The notes: generated by a model from the sequence alone, not told the origin. A stretch of DNA of 64,000 nucleotides from an uncultured delta proteobacterium (GCA_963808625.1 CAWEHK010000039.1:49412-113411); one strand, 5' to 3'; positions 1-10,850 are shown, numbered from the stretch's first letter. Numbers and translations are program-made.

Positions 1-713
1 TTGACGTCGCTGCCGGCCTTGGCTTCCAGTTCCCGGTACGCGCCCATAATCGCCTGCTCGAGGTCCGGGGGAACGGCAGCCCGTATGATCAGTTGCTGAA
101 TGTCGGCGCTCAGGGAATAGAGCTGATCCAACTGATCAACCTCTGATGCCTGAAGACGGCGGTCGATTTCGGTCTGAAGGTCATTGTGTCCAAAGAAACG
201 CTGGTAGGCCAGGGAGGATATGACAAATCCAAGCGGGACCGGCAGCTCAAGGCGACTCATCACTTCTCCCAAGTTGGCCATTTTGCTCCCCACCTGGTCG
301 GCCATGTTCATGTCGATATCCTCGAAAGGGAGCGTCAGGCTTTCAGCCGTTGGCTGCTTTCGCTGGCTGAGCAAAGAAGTGATCCGATCCTGGATTTCTT
401 TGAACCGGTCATACAAGTCCCGGTATTTTCCGGGCGCAAGCTGGTCAAGATTTTTGATGATGCGGAAGACATTGACCGATACCGCGGTGCTGTTGGCTCG
501 CACGAAGGACATCCCAAAAGGCCGGTCGCCCCTCAGGGCCTCTTCGATTTCTGCCATGATTTCAAGTGCTTTGTTATTGGCAGCCAGAAGCACCTTGAAA
601 TTATGATAGCGGTCTTTGAACGCGGTGCGAAGTTCCTCAATGCGTGCCGGCGAGGATTCCTTTTTGCGGCCTTTGAGGCCGAATCGCCCAAGTATGTTTG
701 CGAACATTCCCAT
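1..713 (-). CDS. PEP/pyruvate-binding domain protein (PEP synthase/PPDK-like), 5' part; continues beyond window start
   Basis: Manual minus-strand translation from ATG 713 (not in ORF track): MGMFANILG...FKDRYHNFKVLLAANNKALEIMAE...MADQVGSKMANLGEV...VPLGFVI. The VGxKxANLGE and VPxGF motifs mark the PPDK N-terminal domain. Confidence 0.8.
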   Translation of the reverse strand, partial: MGMFANILGRFGLKGRKKESSPARIEELRTAFKDRYHNFKVLLAANNKALEIMAEIEEALRGDRPFGMSFVRANSTAVSVNVFRIIKNLDQLAPGKYRDLYDRFKEIQDRITSLLSQRKQPTAESLTLPFEDIDMNMADQVGSKMANLGEVMSRLELPVPLGFVISSLAYQRFFGHNDLQTEIDRRLQASEVDQLDQLYSLSADIQQLIIRAAVPPDLEQAIMGAYRELEAKAGSDV

Positions 714-724
714 GGAGCGATCAC

Positions 725-1153
725 TCAACCCTTCTTCGCCTCGGAAACCTCATCAACGGCGTGCCTGATGCGATCTGCATGAAGGGCCTTCTTCTTGTAA
801 GCGTCCTGGAGCTTATAAAGCAATTCATCTATGTCCATCGGCTTCATCAAATAGTCAAAAGCCCCAACCTCCATGCCCTCGATGGCCACTTCCATGCTGG
901 CATGTCCGGTCAACATGATCACCTCTACCAGGGGACAACGTTTCTTTATTTCCCGCAAAGTCTCGAGACCCCCCATTCCGGGCATCTTCACATCCAGCAC
1001 CACCACGTCCGCCGGGTCTTGAGCCAACATTTCAAGGGCCCTTTCGCCGCTGTTGACACCCGTTACGGACAAATTCCTCCTTCTCAGCCTCTTCACCAGG
1101 GTTTCCAGAAACTCCTCTTCATCATCCACCAGCAGCACCTTGAATGTGTCCAC
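725..1153 (-). CDS. Single-domain response regulator (receiver)
   Basis: VLLVDDE, VVLDVKMPGMGG (phospho-Asp), MLTGH, YLMKP. Confidence 0.92.
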   Translation of the reverse strand: MDTFKVLLVDDEEEFLETLVKRLRRRNLSVTGVNSGERALEMLAQDPADVVVLDVKMPGMGGLETLREIKKRCPLVEVIMLTGHASMEVAIEGMEVGAFDYLMKPMDIDELLYKLQDAYKKKALHADRIRHAVDEVSEAKKG

Positions 1154-1454
1154 CTTCGTTACCTCCTCGCTCTCAGGTCCTCCCCGATCTTGCCCACCTG
1201 GTCTTCGAAATCAAACAGCTTCACTATCCTTAAGCTTTCGACCAAAAATGGCAACCGTGAAATTGTGTTCGCAGAGAATTTGCGGGGCGTCATTGTTGGA
1301 AACCGGAAGAGCGACATGGCTTTGTCGCTTGGCCACTCGCAATTATCGCAAAATGGTCACAACACTGTTGATCGTCATTCATGCAAAGCAATCCGTTTAG
1401 TTTAGGCTTGCGTACGGGTATAAGTTGAGATGGTCATCCGTTGAGTCAGCATAA

Positions 1455-1527
1455 AGGGCGGGCATAGTGCCCGCCCCTCCAGCGATGAGATTTGTTTGTC
1501 CGTAGGCGGCGAGCTTTACCCCGCCCT
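1455..1527. repeat. Inverted pair of GTAG-type REP palindromes
   Basis: AGGGCGGGCA-TAG-TGCCCGCCC(CTCC) followed by GTAGGCGGCGAG...CCCGCCCT; same layout as at 32248 and 36437. Confidence 0.55.
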
Positions 1528-1586
1528 CGACAGGAGTGGCTCCGGCAGACGCTCCAGGCCGGGAACGCCCGCCTTTGGGCCGGGTC

Positions 1587-2036
1587 TTATTGCTCGACTG
1601 GCACTTTGACCAGATACACCGAGCAGGGGCTATGTTTAACCACCTGAGCGGCGACGCTACCGAGTTTAAACGTCGAGGATGGACTTAGACCGCGACTGCC
1701 CATGATGATCAGGTCGATCTTCTCGGTCTCGGCAAAATCAATGATGGCATCCGCAACCGCTACGGAAGTGACGATATTCTTCGTACAACTGGAAGTAACG
1801 TTCGCGGCATGCAGCACGTCACAGGCCTCTATGACGATTTCATCGGCGCGCTTTTTAAACGTCTCCATGTGGCGCTCTCTTCTGGCGGGAGAGATTTCAT
1901 GGTCGTCCATCCCTCCAATATATGGCACGACGCTGATCACCGAAATCTCGCAACCCTTTGTCTTGACAAAGTCGATTGCTACATTGAGCGCTTCGAGCGC
2001 ATATTTTGAGCCATCTACGGGCACTAATACCTTCAT
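1587..2036 (-). CDS. Universal stress protein (UspA family)
   Basis: VLVPVDGS start, DLIIMGSRG...LGSVAAQVVKHSPCSVYLVK. Confidence 0.93.
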   Translation of the reverse strand: MKVLVPVDGSKYALEALNVAIDFVKTKGCEISVISVVPYIGGMDDHEISPARRERHMETFKKRADEIVIEACDVLHAANVTSSCTKNIVTSVAVADAIIDFAETEKIDLIIMGSRGLSPSSTFKLGSVAAQVVKHSPCSVYLVKVPVEQ

Positions 2037-2046
2037 TTCTTCCCCC

Positions 2047-2760
2047 TTAGACTTCTTTTTTCACTCTTGCCTTCTTCATGCTCAACCCGATGCCGTCGAA
2101 CATATAGAAGATCGCATATCCCCACCACATGGTATAGAGCACATAAAAGACCAGCAGGCCGGTCAAGGTGAAGGCTTTGCCGGAAACCCTTTCAGCTTCG
2201 ATTCCAAAGAAATTATGAGCGGGCTCGATGGCCCTCTGCATGACCCTCATCACCATGTCTGATTCGTTAAGTTTCTTGTCCTTCTGGAACTCTTTGTTCA
2301 TCTTGTTCAGGACGCTCCACCAGAGCGCCATCACCTCCATCTCTTTCAAGCCGTAGCGGCTGGAGACTATGGTCCCATCATTCCTGAACATATCGTCGGA
2401 GTCTTGAATCGCATTCCCGAGCAGTTTGCCCAGGTCGCCACTGATCGCAAGCTGGGTCTCTTTTGCCGTCGCCTGGGCGCCTCCGGCAGCCAGAATCTTG
2501 ATCGCATTATCCACCTGTTCGGGCTTATCCAGTTTGATGGCCACCGAGAAGTTGGTCCCCATAAATTTCTCATTGGCTTTGGCCACTTCCGGGATGAAAT
2601 AAGAAGAACCTTTGGCGAGCTTATTGAACAGGTCATCAGCAAAATCCAGGCCGGTTTTCCCGCCCGGAAATATCGGCTGGAAGATCAGGAACAGCACTCC
2701 CAGGAAGGTTATCCCCAGGAGCAATCCAAGGTTAAACATCCTTGCATGTCTGATCAGCAT
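2047..2760 (-). CDS. Conserved membrane protein (N- and C-terminal TM helices, periplasmic middle), partner of TauE/SafE
   Basis: ATG 2760 lies immediately after the upstream stop; hydrophobic termini; GLDFADDLFNKLAKGSSYFIP and FYVLYTMWWGYAI. Confidence 0.8.
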   Translation of the reverse strand: MLIRHARMFNLGLLLGITFLGVLFLIFQPIFPGGKTGLDFADDLFNKLAKGSSYFIPEVAKANEKFMGTNFSVAIKLDKPEQVDNAIKILAAGGAQATAKETQLAISGDLGKLLGNAIQDSDDMFRNDGTIVSSRYGLKEMEVMALWWSVLNKMNKEFQKDKKLNESDMVMRVMQRAIEPAHNFFGIEAERVSGKAFTLTGLLVFYVLYTMWWGYAIFYMFDGIGLSMKKARVKKEV

Positions 2761-2762
2761 TT

Positions 2763-4016
2763 CTAGTCCTCCTCTCTCAACAGGCCGAGATTGGCGAAAA
2801 ACTTTCCGAAGATCCAAATCCCGAAGACGGCAACGACAATCCAGAAGAGGATGTTTCCGACCGTTTCTATGCCATCGCAGATGGGTTTAGGGATATTGAT
2901 CACCTCAAGTTCGGTAAACTTCTTGGGCAGGGTTGCCACACGATTTATAAAACCGGCAATAATGGACACCGCATAAAAGCCTCGGATGTGGATGCCTTTA
3001 ACCACCTTGGTCGTCAGGGCCCCAACCTGGATGCCCAACAGGGAACCGATGAGCATCCCCATCGCAAGGGTATAGAACACGTAGCCGTAAATCGCATACT
3101 GGCCGATGGCGGCAAGCCCCGCGGTGAAAATGATCTGGAGAATATCGGTGCCGACGGTGGTCATGGACGATACCCCAAAAATATAGACAAACATGGGGAA
3201 GGTGACGAAACCGCCGCCCACACCCATGATCGCAGCCAGAATTCCGACGACCACACCGCCCGCAGCGATGATGACTCCGGAAAGTTTCTTGCCACCGGGG
3301 ACGAAATCCTCATCGAAGGTGATCATCGGCGGAAGGTTCAAATTCTGCAATTTCGTGGCAATCGCCAGGGTCCCCGACGCGTCGCCGCCATGGGCGTCCG
3401 CAGAAGCCCCCGGGCCTTTTCGCGACCGCAGGTAGTCAGCCAGCGCATAAAACCCGAGAAACCCGAGCAAAATGGCGTAAGTCGCGCTGATAAAGGCCTC
3501 GCTCAGCAGCGGATCGGTGTTGTAAAGCCCTTTGTTGACGGCCCCGCCGATCACCGTCCCGAGACCCGAACCGACAAGAAACGCCACCGCAAGCTTGACC
3601 GAAACATTTCCCAGTTTCTTGTGAACCGTGGTGCCCATGATGGCCTTGGCGAAGATGTGGAAGAGGTCGGTGCCAACCGCGAGGATGCCTTTTACCCCTG
3701 CGGCCATGAGCGCGGGGGTGATGATGAACCCGCCCCCGGCGCCGATGCATCCGGTGATCAACCCTGCTGCCAGACCGACCGCAATGGAAACCAAAAAAAT
3801 GGTGGTCGTGTAGAATGCCGGTCCGTAGGCAGTTTTACCGCCAAGCCAGGGTGACGCTTCAAGAAAAGAGACGGCAAGGATCGGCAGGGCCAGGATGAAA
3901 AGCACCAGAAGTTTCTTCCGATTCTTCACGATCGACATCGAAACTTCGTAATCCCATTTTGCGTGTGCCACCGAAGCGGCCTTCAGGAATTCAAACACCT
4001 TTCGCCCACTACTCAT
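2763..4016 (-). CDS. Sulfite exporter TauE/SafE (DUF81) family membrane protein
   Basis: Two GxxGxGGG repeats (GCIGAGGG, IMGVGGG), AVGTD/TVGTD, many TM helices; AGGAGG RBS. Confidence 0.9.
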   Translation of the reverse strand: MSSGRKVFEFLKAASVAHAKWDYEVSMSIVKNRKKLLVLFILALPILAVSFLEASPWLGGKTAYGPAFYTTTIFLVSIAVGLAAGLITGCIGAGGGFIITPALMAAGVKGILAVGTDLFHIFAKAIMGTTVHKKLGNVSVKLAVAFLVGSGLGTVIGGAVNKGLYNTDPLLSEAFISATYAILLGFLGFYALADYLRSRKGPGASADAHGGDASGTLAIATKLQNLNLPPMITFDEDFVPGGKKLSGVIIAAGGVVVGILAAIMGVGGGFVTFPMFVYIFGVSSMTTVGTDILQIIFTAGLAAIGQYAIYGYVFYTLAMGMLIGSLLGIQVGALTTKVVKGIHIRGFYAVSIIAGFINRVATLPKKFTELEVINIPKPICDGIETVGNILFWIVVAVFGIWIFGKFFANLGLLREED

Positions 4017-4152
4017 CGAATACCTCCTTTTGCATCAACAACTCCTCAATTTAAATCGGACTCCAATTTAAGTTAAACCTTCAACCTCTTATCTGAAGCA
4101 CTCGAAACAGGGTGTAGGCCTCTATGGCTCACATGAGGCCGTGGCAAATGCA

Positions 4153-4169
4153 GGCAATGGAGGCACCAA
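4153..4169 (-). promoter_or_regulatory. Putative sigma54 (-24/-12) promoter for the tauE operon
   Basis: Minus strand TTGGTGCCTCCATTGCC, GG-N10-GC spacing with TTGC. Confidence 0.4.
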
Positions 4170-4344
4170 AATCCGGGACCAGACTGACTTTATCGGAGAG
4201 CGCATATCAGCAGGGAAGAGCGGGTCTGCACCAAGGCCTGTCATCTACAACCCGGAAGACTTTCCGTCAAGTTATTTCACACGTGAAAAAGCCGATCCGG
4301 CTGTTTTTTTGTGATTTGCGTTCTTTTAGATCCGGCTCAAACAG

Positions 4345-4374
4345 TTGACATCGCGCTGCCAGCTAGGATATTCT
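4345..4374 (+). promoter_or_regulatory. Putative sigma70 promoter upstream of the exosortase
   Basis: TTGACA-N18-TATTCT. Confidence 0.35.
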
Positions 4375-4480
4375 GCGTTGTGGTTCGGGGCAGGTTTAGA
4401 GCAGTAGTGAAAGGTCCTGACGGTAATTTAGGCTGTCCTTTTGTTAGTGGGTGCTCGATCGAATAAAAAAAGGTCTGCAG

Positions 4481-5044
4481 ATGGCAGTTAAGAACAGCAG
4501 CAAGCAGGATAGTCTCCGGACCTCTCTTCAATCCTACAGGAAAGAAATCAGGTTCCTTTTCCTCTTTGTCATCCTCTTGGCATTCTTCAATTTTATGTAT
4601 TTCCTTTGCGGGGGGACTTCGGTGGAGGATTTTGTTCTCTCCACTCTCACAGCTAAACCTGTCTATTTCGCGATCAAGTTCCTGACCCCATCCGAAGAGG
4701 TGGTGCTGAACGGTGCCCTCCTCACCTCACCGCACGTGAATTTTAAAATCGTGAGAGGATGCGATGGAATGGAAGGAATGCTGCTGATGATATCAGCAAT
4801 GTGTGCATTCAGTCTCGCCTGGAGCGATAAACTCAAGGGTATTCTTTATGGCGTGGTTTTCATCTATGTCTTTAATCTGTTGCGCATAATCGGCCTTTAT
4901 TATCTGGCGAGGTACTATACCTCAGCTTTCGATTTTGCTCACCTTTTTGTGGGGCAAAGTATTACCGTCATTCTCGTTTCGGTTTTTTTTATCTTATGGA
5001 TCTCTAAGAGCCTGAAAAAGAATGAAGAGAAATCTGCTGGTTAA
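4481..5044 (+). CDS. Exosortase/archaeosortase family protein (exosortase H-like, IPTL-CTERM-associated)
   Basis: Cys-Arg-His triad: IVRGCDGME, FNLLRII, DFAHLFVGQ; short multi-TM form; IPTL-CTERM protein about 6 kb away. Confidence 0.85.
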   Translation: MAVKNSSKQDSLRTSLQSYRKEIRFLFLFVILLAFFNFMYFLCGGTSVEDFVLSTLTAKPVYFAIKFLTPSEEVVLNGALLTSPHVNFKIVRGCDGMEGMLLMISAMCAFSLAWSDKLKGILYGVVFIYVFNLLRIIGLYYLARYYTSAFDFAHLFVGQSITVILVSVFFILWISKSLKKNEEKSAG

Positions 5045-5756
5045 GACCATCATTATTTTCTTGTCCTCGTACGTCATTCTCCTGCTTTTGTTCTCCCAGT
5101 TTGGGGCCTATTATTTTCAACTTTTTGAAGGGATTTTTCGCTGGGAGATCAACTTCTTTTTCCCCCAATTCGAGGTCTCTTCACTGCAGATGGAAACATA
5201 CGAGGGCCAGCAGATGGTTTCGCTCGCCGTCAAACTTACCGAAAACATCATCACGGATGATGGAACGGTGCTGCATACCATCGGCCGTCCCTACACATCC
5301 AAGACCATTTCCATAAATCAATACCTGCACCCGATCCTCATCTTCTCCATTCTTGCCGCCTGGCCGGCGATTACTTTGAAAGAACGGTTCATGGCGCTGT
5401 TACTCGTGCTGCCTTTCCTGCTCATCGTCGAGATGGTCGACGTCCCGGTGTTATTGGCAACCCGGACTGACGAGATGGTGCGAGCGAATCTTCTCAAAGA
5501 CCCCAACGCCGGCTACGGTCTCGCTTCCTACTGGGTCGCTTTCCTGCATACCGGGGGGCGGGCCGCCCTGTCCATCTTGGCTGCCGGGCTGGGCTTGAGT
5601 TGCCTCTACCTGGGCCGGTTCTGGCGTAACCGGATGGCCGAAACCGGCCACGTCCGCGCCGCAACGCCCAAACCGGCGCCGAGCAAGGTCGGTCGCAATG
5701 CCCCGTGTCCGTGCGGCAGTGGGAAGAAATACAAGAACTGCTGCGGGGAAAATTGA
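5022..5756 (+). CDS. Exosortase-associated membrane protein with C-terminal SEC-C zinc motif
   Basis: Overlaps the exosortase stop; about 4 TM segments; ends KVGRNAPCPCGSGKKYKNCCG. Confidence 0.8.
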   Translation: MKRNLLVKTIIIFLSSYVILLLLFSQFGAYYFQLFEGIFRWEINFFFPQFEVSSLQMETYEGQQMVSLAVKLTENIITDDGTVLHTIGRPYTSKTISINQYLHPILIFSILAAWPAITLKERFMALLLVLPFLLIVEMVDVPVLLATRTDEMVRANLLKDPNAGYGLASYWVAFLHTGGRAALSILAAGLGLSCLYLGRFWRNRMAETGHVRAATPKPAPSKVGRNAPCPCGSGKKYKNCCGEN

Positions 5757-5946
5757 GGCTGTGGGAAGGAGCGCCGGCAGTCAATGAGGAGAGGGTGAGG
5801 TCTCACCTCCTTCATGCCGGAGAGCTCTGTCCAATGAGGAGATGTGTACGCCAAGGGTGCCTATTAGTCAACCCACTTCCCTTGTACGCATTCCCGGTGC
5901 GTCCCCAACAACCACGCACCGGGAATGCGACCCGCCGGAAACCGAT

Positions 5947-8900
5947 CTACCGTATGGACCCGGCATTGATGACATCTATGAAAGGCATGACATTAGGGTC
6001 GTGCTCGTAAGCTCCCAGGTCGACCACTGCCCCCTCTCCATCACCGTCCATCAGCCTCGGGTTTGAGTGAAGGTCCCAGGCGGCAAGGCCCGTGTTGTCC
6101 CCTTTATCGATGCACGGAGAGGTCGGACCGAGGGCTAGAAGGCCTCGAGCCGCATCGACAAATTGGGGATCAGCGTCGATATTGCCCGGTCCTGGGTACC
6201 CACCTTCGAGGTCCGAGTAGGTTGCAGTGATTGTGCCGCCAAAGTTGTCCAGTTCGCTTGCCATGCCACCCACCGTATCACCCCAGAGAATCGAGTTGGT
6301 GATGGTGAGGCTGCTTCCCGCAGCATTGACGATGGCGCCGCCTGAATCCGTGGTCACTATTGCCCGAGAAGGTGCAGTTCCTGATTGTCACGGTGGCGCC
6401 ATCGTTGTACATGGCTCCTCCGTGGATGGCACTGTTGCCGAAGAAAGCACAGTTCTCGAAGGCCACCGTTGCACCAAGGTTGTAGACGGCCCCTCCCAGG
6501 TCTCCGTTGCTATTCAGGAACTGGTTGTTGGAAAAGGTGATACTTCCCTGGGTATTCAAGGCGCTGCCACCAAGGTTGTTATGGCAACGGGTCAGGACAA
6601 ACCCATCGATGATGGCGCTTGCGCTCACCTGCAGACAGGCTGTTGCCCCTTGCCCATCAAAGGTTGTAGGATAAACATACCAATTGCGCTGGTTGCGCTC
6701 GCTTTCGTCCCCGGCAAACCCGCCGTAGATGGCCACGGCCTTGTTCACCTGAACCGGGGCCGTCAGAGTGAGCGTGGAAGCCTCCACCCAGATCTCATCG
6801 CCATCCTCTGCCGCGTCAATCGCTTCCTGCAAGCCCTTGAACGCAGCTGCCCAACTCTTGCCGTCTCCGGGAGAAGCGGTGTTCTCGTCGACGTACCAGG
6901 TGACCTTCGGTCCGGTGTCGTTGCCGATGTCAGTGGTCGTCTGATCACTGCTGATCATGACCGTCTCCGATTTCGGGCTATTCCACCCGGCGACACTCTT
7001 GGAAGCCCCGGCGTGCGATCCAGCGGCGAGACCGGATACGGTCGCCCCGCTGTTCTCCGAGGAGCCGCCGTCCACTTGCGCTTGAGCCCCGGCGGATACG
7101 GCGCTGGCGGAGGCGGTGGCGCCCGTAAGAGAGCCAGTTTTGGATACAGAGCAGGTACGCGTGCAAAGGGCATATCCTTTGCTAACGACACTAGCGATGC
7201 TGGTGGAGCTATACTGGGGATCGATGTACACGGCGTACGTTCCTGCCGCGTAGCGAACGTTTCCCGTCGCGGACCAGAAACGTATTGGCAGGGAGGAAAC
7301 ATTGAAGACTTCCGAACTTAGAGACGGACTGTAGGTTGTATAATCAATGATCGTCTGCAACTCCGAAGCGCTGGGCAAACGCCAATCGGTGTAACCGTCC
7401 AGCGACAAGTTTTCACAATATGACTTGGCATCAGCCCAGGTGCGAAGGACGGAATCGTCTTTCCTTTGCCACATATTGTTGCGGTAAGTATCCGTGACCG
7501 TATTGGAAGAGGACACGGTCAGATGTTCAACAGGATCAAAGGACCAGAACGGTCCGCCGCGTACGCACCGGGTGAAGTAAACCGAAGTTTTAGAATACGT
7601 AAAGACGGTACCGTCGTAAAAGCCAACCAGCCAGCCTCGGCGCGTCGGGTCCATAGCCATGTTACTGCCCGACCAGAATTCCATACCCTTTAAAGCAGCG
7701 AAGGCCGGGTCAATCGTCGGGTAACGACTGTAATCCACAATGGTTGCAAGCTCATCGATCCTCGGCAAGCGCCAATCGGAATAGCCACCCAGGACGAGAT
7801 TTTGGCAATAAGTAGTCGCATTGGCCATGGACCGTGTCGTAGCATCCTCCGCCTTTTGCCAGATGAGTTGTGTGGTGTTGTCGGTAACCGTTCCATCGCC
7901 ATTGTCAATATAACGAGAATCCGTCTGCTGCACATAGGTGCCGCTCTCACTGGTGGTGACGCCACTGCTGATCGTGACGGTCTTGGCTGCCGGCGCAGTC
8001 CACCCGGAAATAGTCTTGAAGGTCAGGGTGTGTGGTCCTGCGGTAAGACCGGATACGGTCGCCCCGCTGTTCTGCCAGGAACCGCCGTCCACTTGCCAAT
8101 TGGCCCCGGCCGTCACCGCGCCGGCGGGGGTGATGGTCACCGTGAGGGCACCACCGTTCTGCTGCACATAGGTGCCGCTCTCACTGGTGGTGACGCCACT
8201 GCTGATCGTGACGGTCTTGGCTGCCGGCGTAGTCCACCCTGAAATAGTCTTGAAGGTCAGGGTGTGCGATCCCGCGGTAAGACCGGATACGGTCGCCCCG
8301 CTGTTCTGCCAGGAGCCGCCGTCCACTTGCCAATGAGCCCCGGCCGTCACCGCGGCGGCGGGGGTGATGGTCACCGTGAGGGAACCCGTCTGCTGCACAT
8401 AGGTGCCGCTCTCACTGGTGGTGACGCCACTGCTGATCGTGACGGTCTTGGCTGCCGGCGCAGTCCACCCGGAGATAGTCTTGAAGGTCAGGGTGTGTGA
8501 TCCCGCGGTAAGACCGGATACGGTCGCCCCGCTGCTCTGCCAGGAGCCGCCGTCCACTTGCCATTAGCCCCGGCCGTCACCGCGCGGCGGGGGTGATGGT
8601 CACCGTGAGGGAACCCGTCTGCTGCACATAAGTGCCGCTGTCACTGGTGGTGACGCCACTGCTGATCGTGACGGTCTTGGCGGCCGGCGTAGTCCACCCG
8701 GAGATAGTCTTGAAGGCCAGGGTGTGTGGTCCCGCGGTAAGACCGGATACGGTCGCCCCGCTGCTCTGCCAGGAGCCGCCGTCCACTTGCCAATTAGCCC
8801 CGGCTGTCACTGCAGCGGTGGGGGTGATGGTCACCGTGAGGGAACCCGTCTGCTGCACATAGGTGCCGCTCTCACTGGTGGTGACGCCACTGCTGATCGT

Positions 8901-10204
8901 GACGGTCTCGGCGGCGGGCGTAGTCCACCCGGAAATAGTCTTGAAGGTCAGGGTGTGTGGTCCCGCGGTAAGACCGGATACGGTCGCCCCGCTGTTCTGC
9001 CAGGAGCCGCCGTCCACTTGCCAATGAGCCCCGGCCGTCACTGCAGCGGCGGGGGTGATGGTCACCGTGAGGGAACCCGTCTGGGGCGTTCCCGTGAAAT
9101 CCTGTCCGGAGACTCCGCTGCCATTTATAATGATGGTTCGTGATTGCGGGCTGAAGGTATAGCTAGCTTTACTCGGGGTGACCGTGTAAGTCCCGTTGGC
9201 GGTCCCGGTGAACGTGTAGTTGCCGTTGGCATCGGTCGTCGCAGTACTCGTAGCGGTACCCGTCAACGCCAGGGTTGCTCCCGCCAGGGCAGCCCCGCTG
9301 CTGGTCTTGACCGTGCCCGAGATGGAATAGCTCGCTGGAGGAGATGTGCTCCTGAACGAACGCAAAGGACATATCCTTTACTGGCGACACTAGCGATGCT
9401 GGTGGAGCTATACTGGGGATCGATATACATGGCATACGTTCCTGCCGCGTAGCGAACATTTCCCGTCGCGGACCAGAAACGTATTGGCAGGGAGGTAACA
9501 TTGAAAACTTCCGTGCTTAGAGACGGACTGTAGGTTGCATAATCAATGATCGTCTGCAACTCCGAAGCGCTGGGCAATCGCCAATCGGTGTAACCGTCCA
9601 GCGACAAGTTTTCACAATATGACTTGGCATCTGCCCAGGTGCGAAGGACGGAATCGTCTTTCCTTTGCCACATATTGTTGCGGTAAGTATCCGTGACCGT
9701 ATTGGAAGAGGACACCGTCAGATGTTCAACAGGATCAAAGGACCAGAACGGTCCGCCGCGTACGCACCGGGTGTAATAAACCGAAGTTTTAGAATATGTG
9801 AAGACGGTGCCGTCGTAAAAGCCAACCAGCCAGCCTCGGCGCGTCGGGTCCATAGCCATGTTACTGCTTGACCAGAATTCCATACCCTTTAAAGCAGCGA
9901 AGGCCGGGTCAATCGTTGGGTAACGACTGTAATCCACAATGGTCGCAAGCTCATCGATTCTCGGCAAGCGCCAATCAGAATAGCCACCCAGGACGAGATT
10001 TTGGCAATAAGCAGTCGCATTGGCCATGGACCGTGTCGTACCATCCTCCGCCTTTTGCCAGATGAGTTTTGTGGTGTTGTCGGTAACCGTCCCATTCCCA
10101 TTATCAACATAAACCGCAAAAACAGGCATTGTGCCGGCTACTAGAACGCAGAACACAACCAGAAAACCCAAGCCGATGCGCCTCGAAAGCTTCATGATGC
10201 TCAC
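5947..10204 (-). CDS. Large secreted surface protein: signal peptide, 2x DUF1566/Lcl, carboxypeptidase-regulatory-like domain, five 77-aa beta-sandwich repeats, 2x DUF1566, decayed repeat, right-handed beta-helix, choice-of-anchor Q; split by indels
   Basis: ORFs 9263-10204, 8577-9365, 6278-8557 and 5947-6357 join into one architecture; DNGxGTVTD...WQK, DWRLP, RCVRGG; GNIDADPQF...SPCIDKG...DLGAYE. Confidence 0.8.
7160..10110 (-). repeat. Near-identical ~750-bp duplication of the DUF1566 pair (about 7160-7912 vs 9360-10110)
   Basis: Aligned by eye: colinear, with scattered substitutions, many at synonymous positions. Confidence 0.93.
7924..9082 (-). repeat. Intragenic tandem repeat, five units of ~231 bp (77 aa)
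   Basis: Anchor at the same position in each unit at 9071, 8840, 8609, 8380 and 8146 (periods 231, 231, 229, 234). Confidence 0.95.
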
Positions 10205-10363
10205 TCCTTTCTGTCCCGGTGCCGATTACCAACAAATTTGAGATCAAAGCAAGAAAAAAACGCAAATCAGAGCTATTGCGCCTCAACTTTCGAGCAGCAA
10301 ATCCTAATCCAAGCCTACGCTTCATCCTGTTTTTGCATGCTTATATTTATTTTTTTCTTAAAA

Positions 10364-10380
10364 AGCAATATCCTTGCCAA
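10364..10380 (-). promoter_or_regulatory. Sigma54 (-24/-12) promoter of the large surface-protein gene
   Basis: Minus strand TTGGCAAGGATATTGCT closely matches TGGC-N7-TTGCW; about 160 bp upstream of the start. Confidence 0.75.
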
Positions 10381-10850
10381 TGTGGTTAAGTTCGTCATCA
10401 CCCTTGACTGGTTTGGTCATGGAGCGCGTTCCCGCGGCGAGAGCCCGTACGCAGGAATCATGCGCTTGAAGGTACGGCTGCGTAGCGAGGCAACCCTCCT
10501 GTAGCCTTCGAAATTCGTTTCGGTCACAATTTTTCGAGTTGGTCCGGCCGTGTGATATGGAGCATTCGACCTTGTCGTTTTGGGACTTGGGGATGCAGGC
10601 GGAAGAAACCCATTAGAGGGAAGAAAAGTCTTGGAAGGTGCAAAAGACCCTTTAGTCTGCCGAAGCTTGTCAATTCCCGCACAAAAAACCGTCACTGCTG
10701 CAGCCCTTCATTCGATGACAAGAGAGGGTGGGAATGGGTCAATGCAACTGATGACAAAGTTTGGCAAAAGACATTGACAATTTGCGTCAAACCGTTTCTG
10801 CGCGGTAAAGAGACCGGAGATTGAGCAGATGATCACTCTCCGGTCCCCCG

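Noticed and set aside
7160..10110. DGR template/variable repeat pair (DUF1566 is a known DGR target fold)
   Set aside because: Differences are not adenine-specific on the coding strand (many C/T and synonymous changes), both copies are coding, and no reverse transcriptase is in the window
10780..10812. c-di-GMP-I riboswitch upstream of the surface protein (GAAA...GACGCAAA on the minus strand)
   Set aside because: Lacks GGCAAAC and a P2 stem, and lies upstream of the sigma54 promoter
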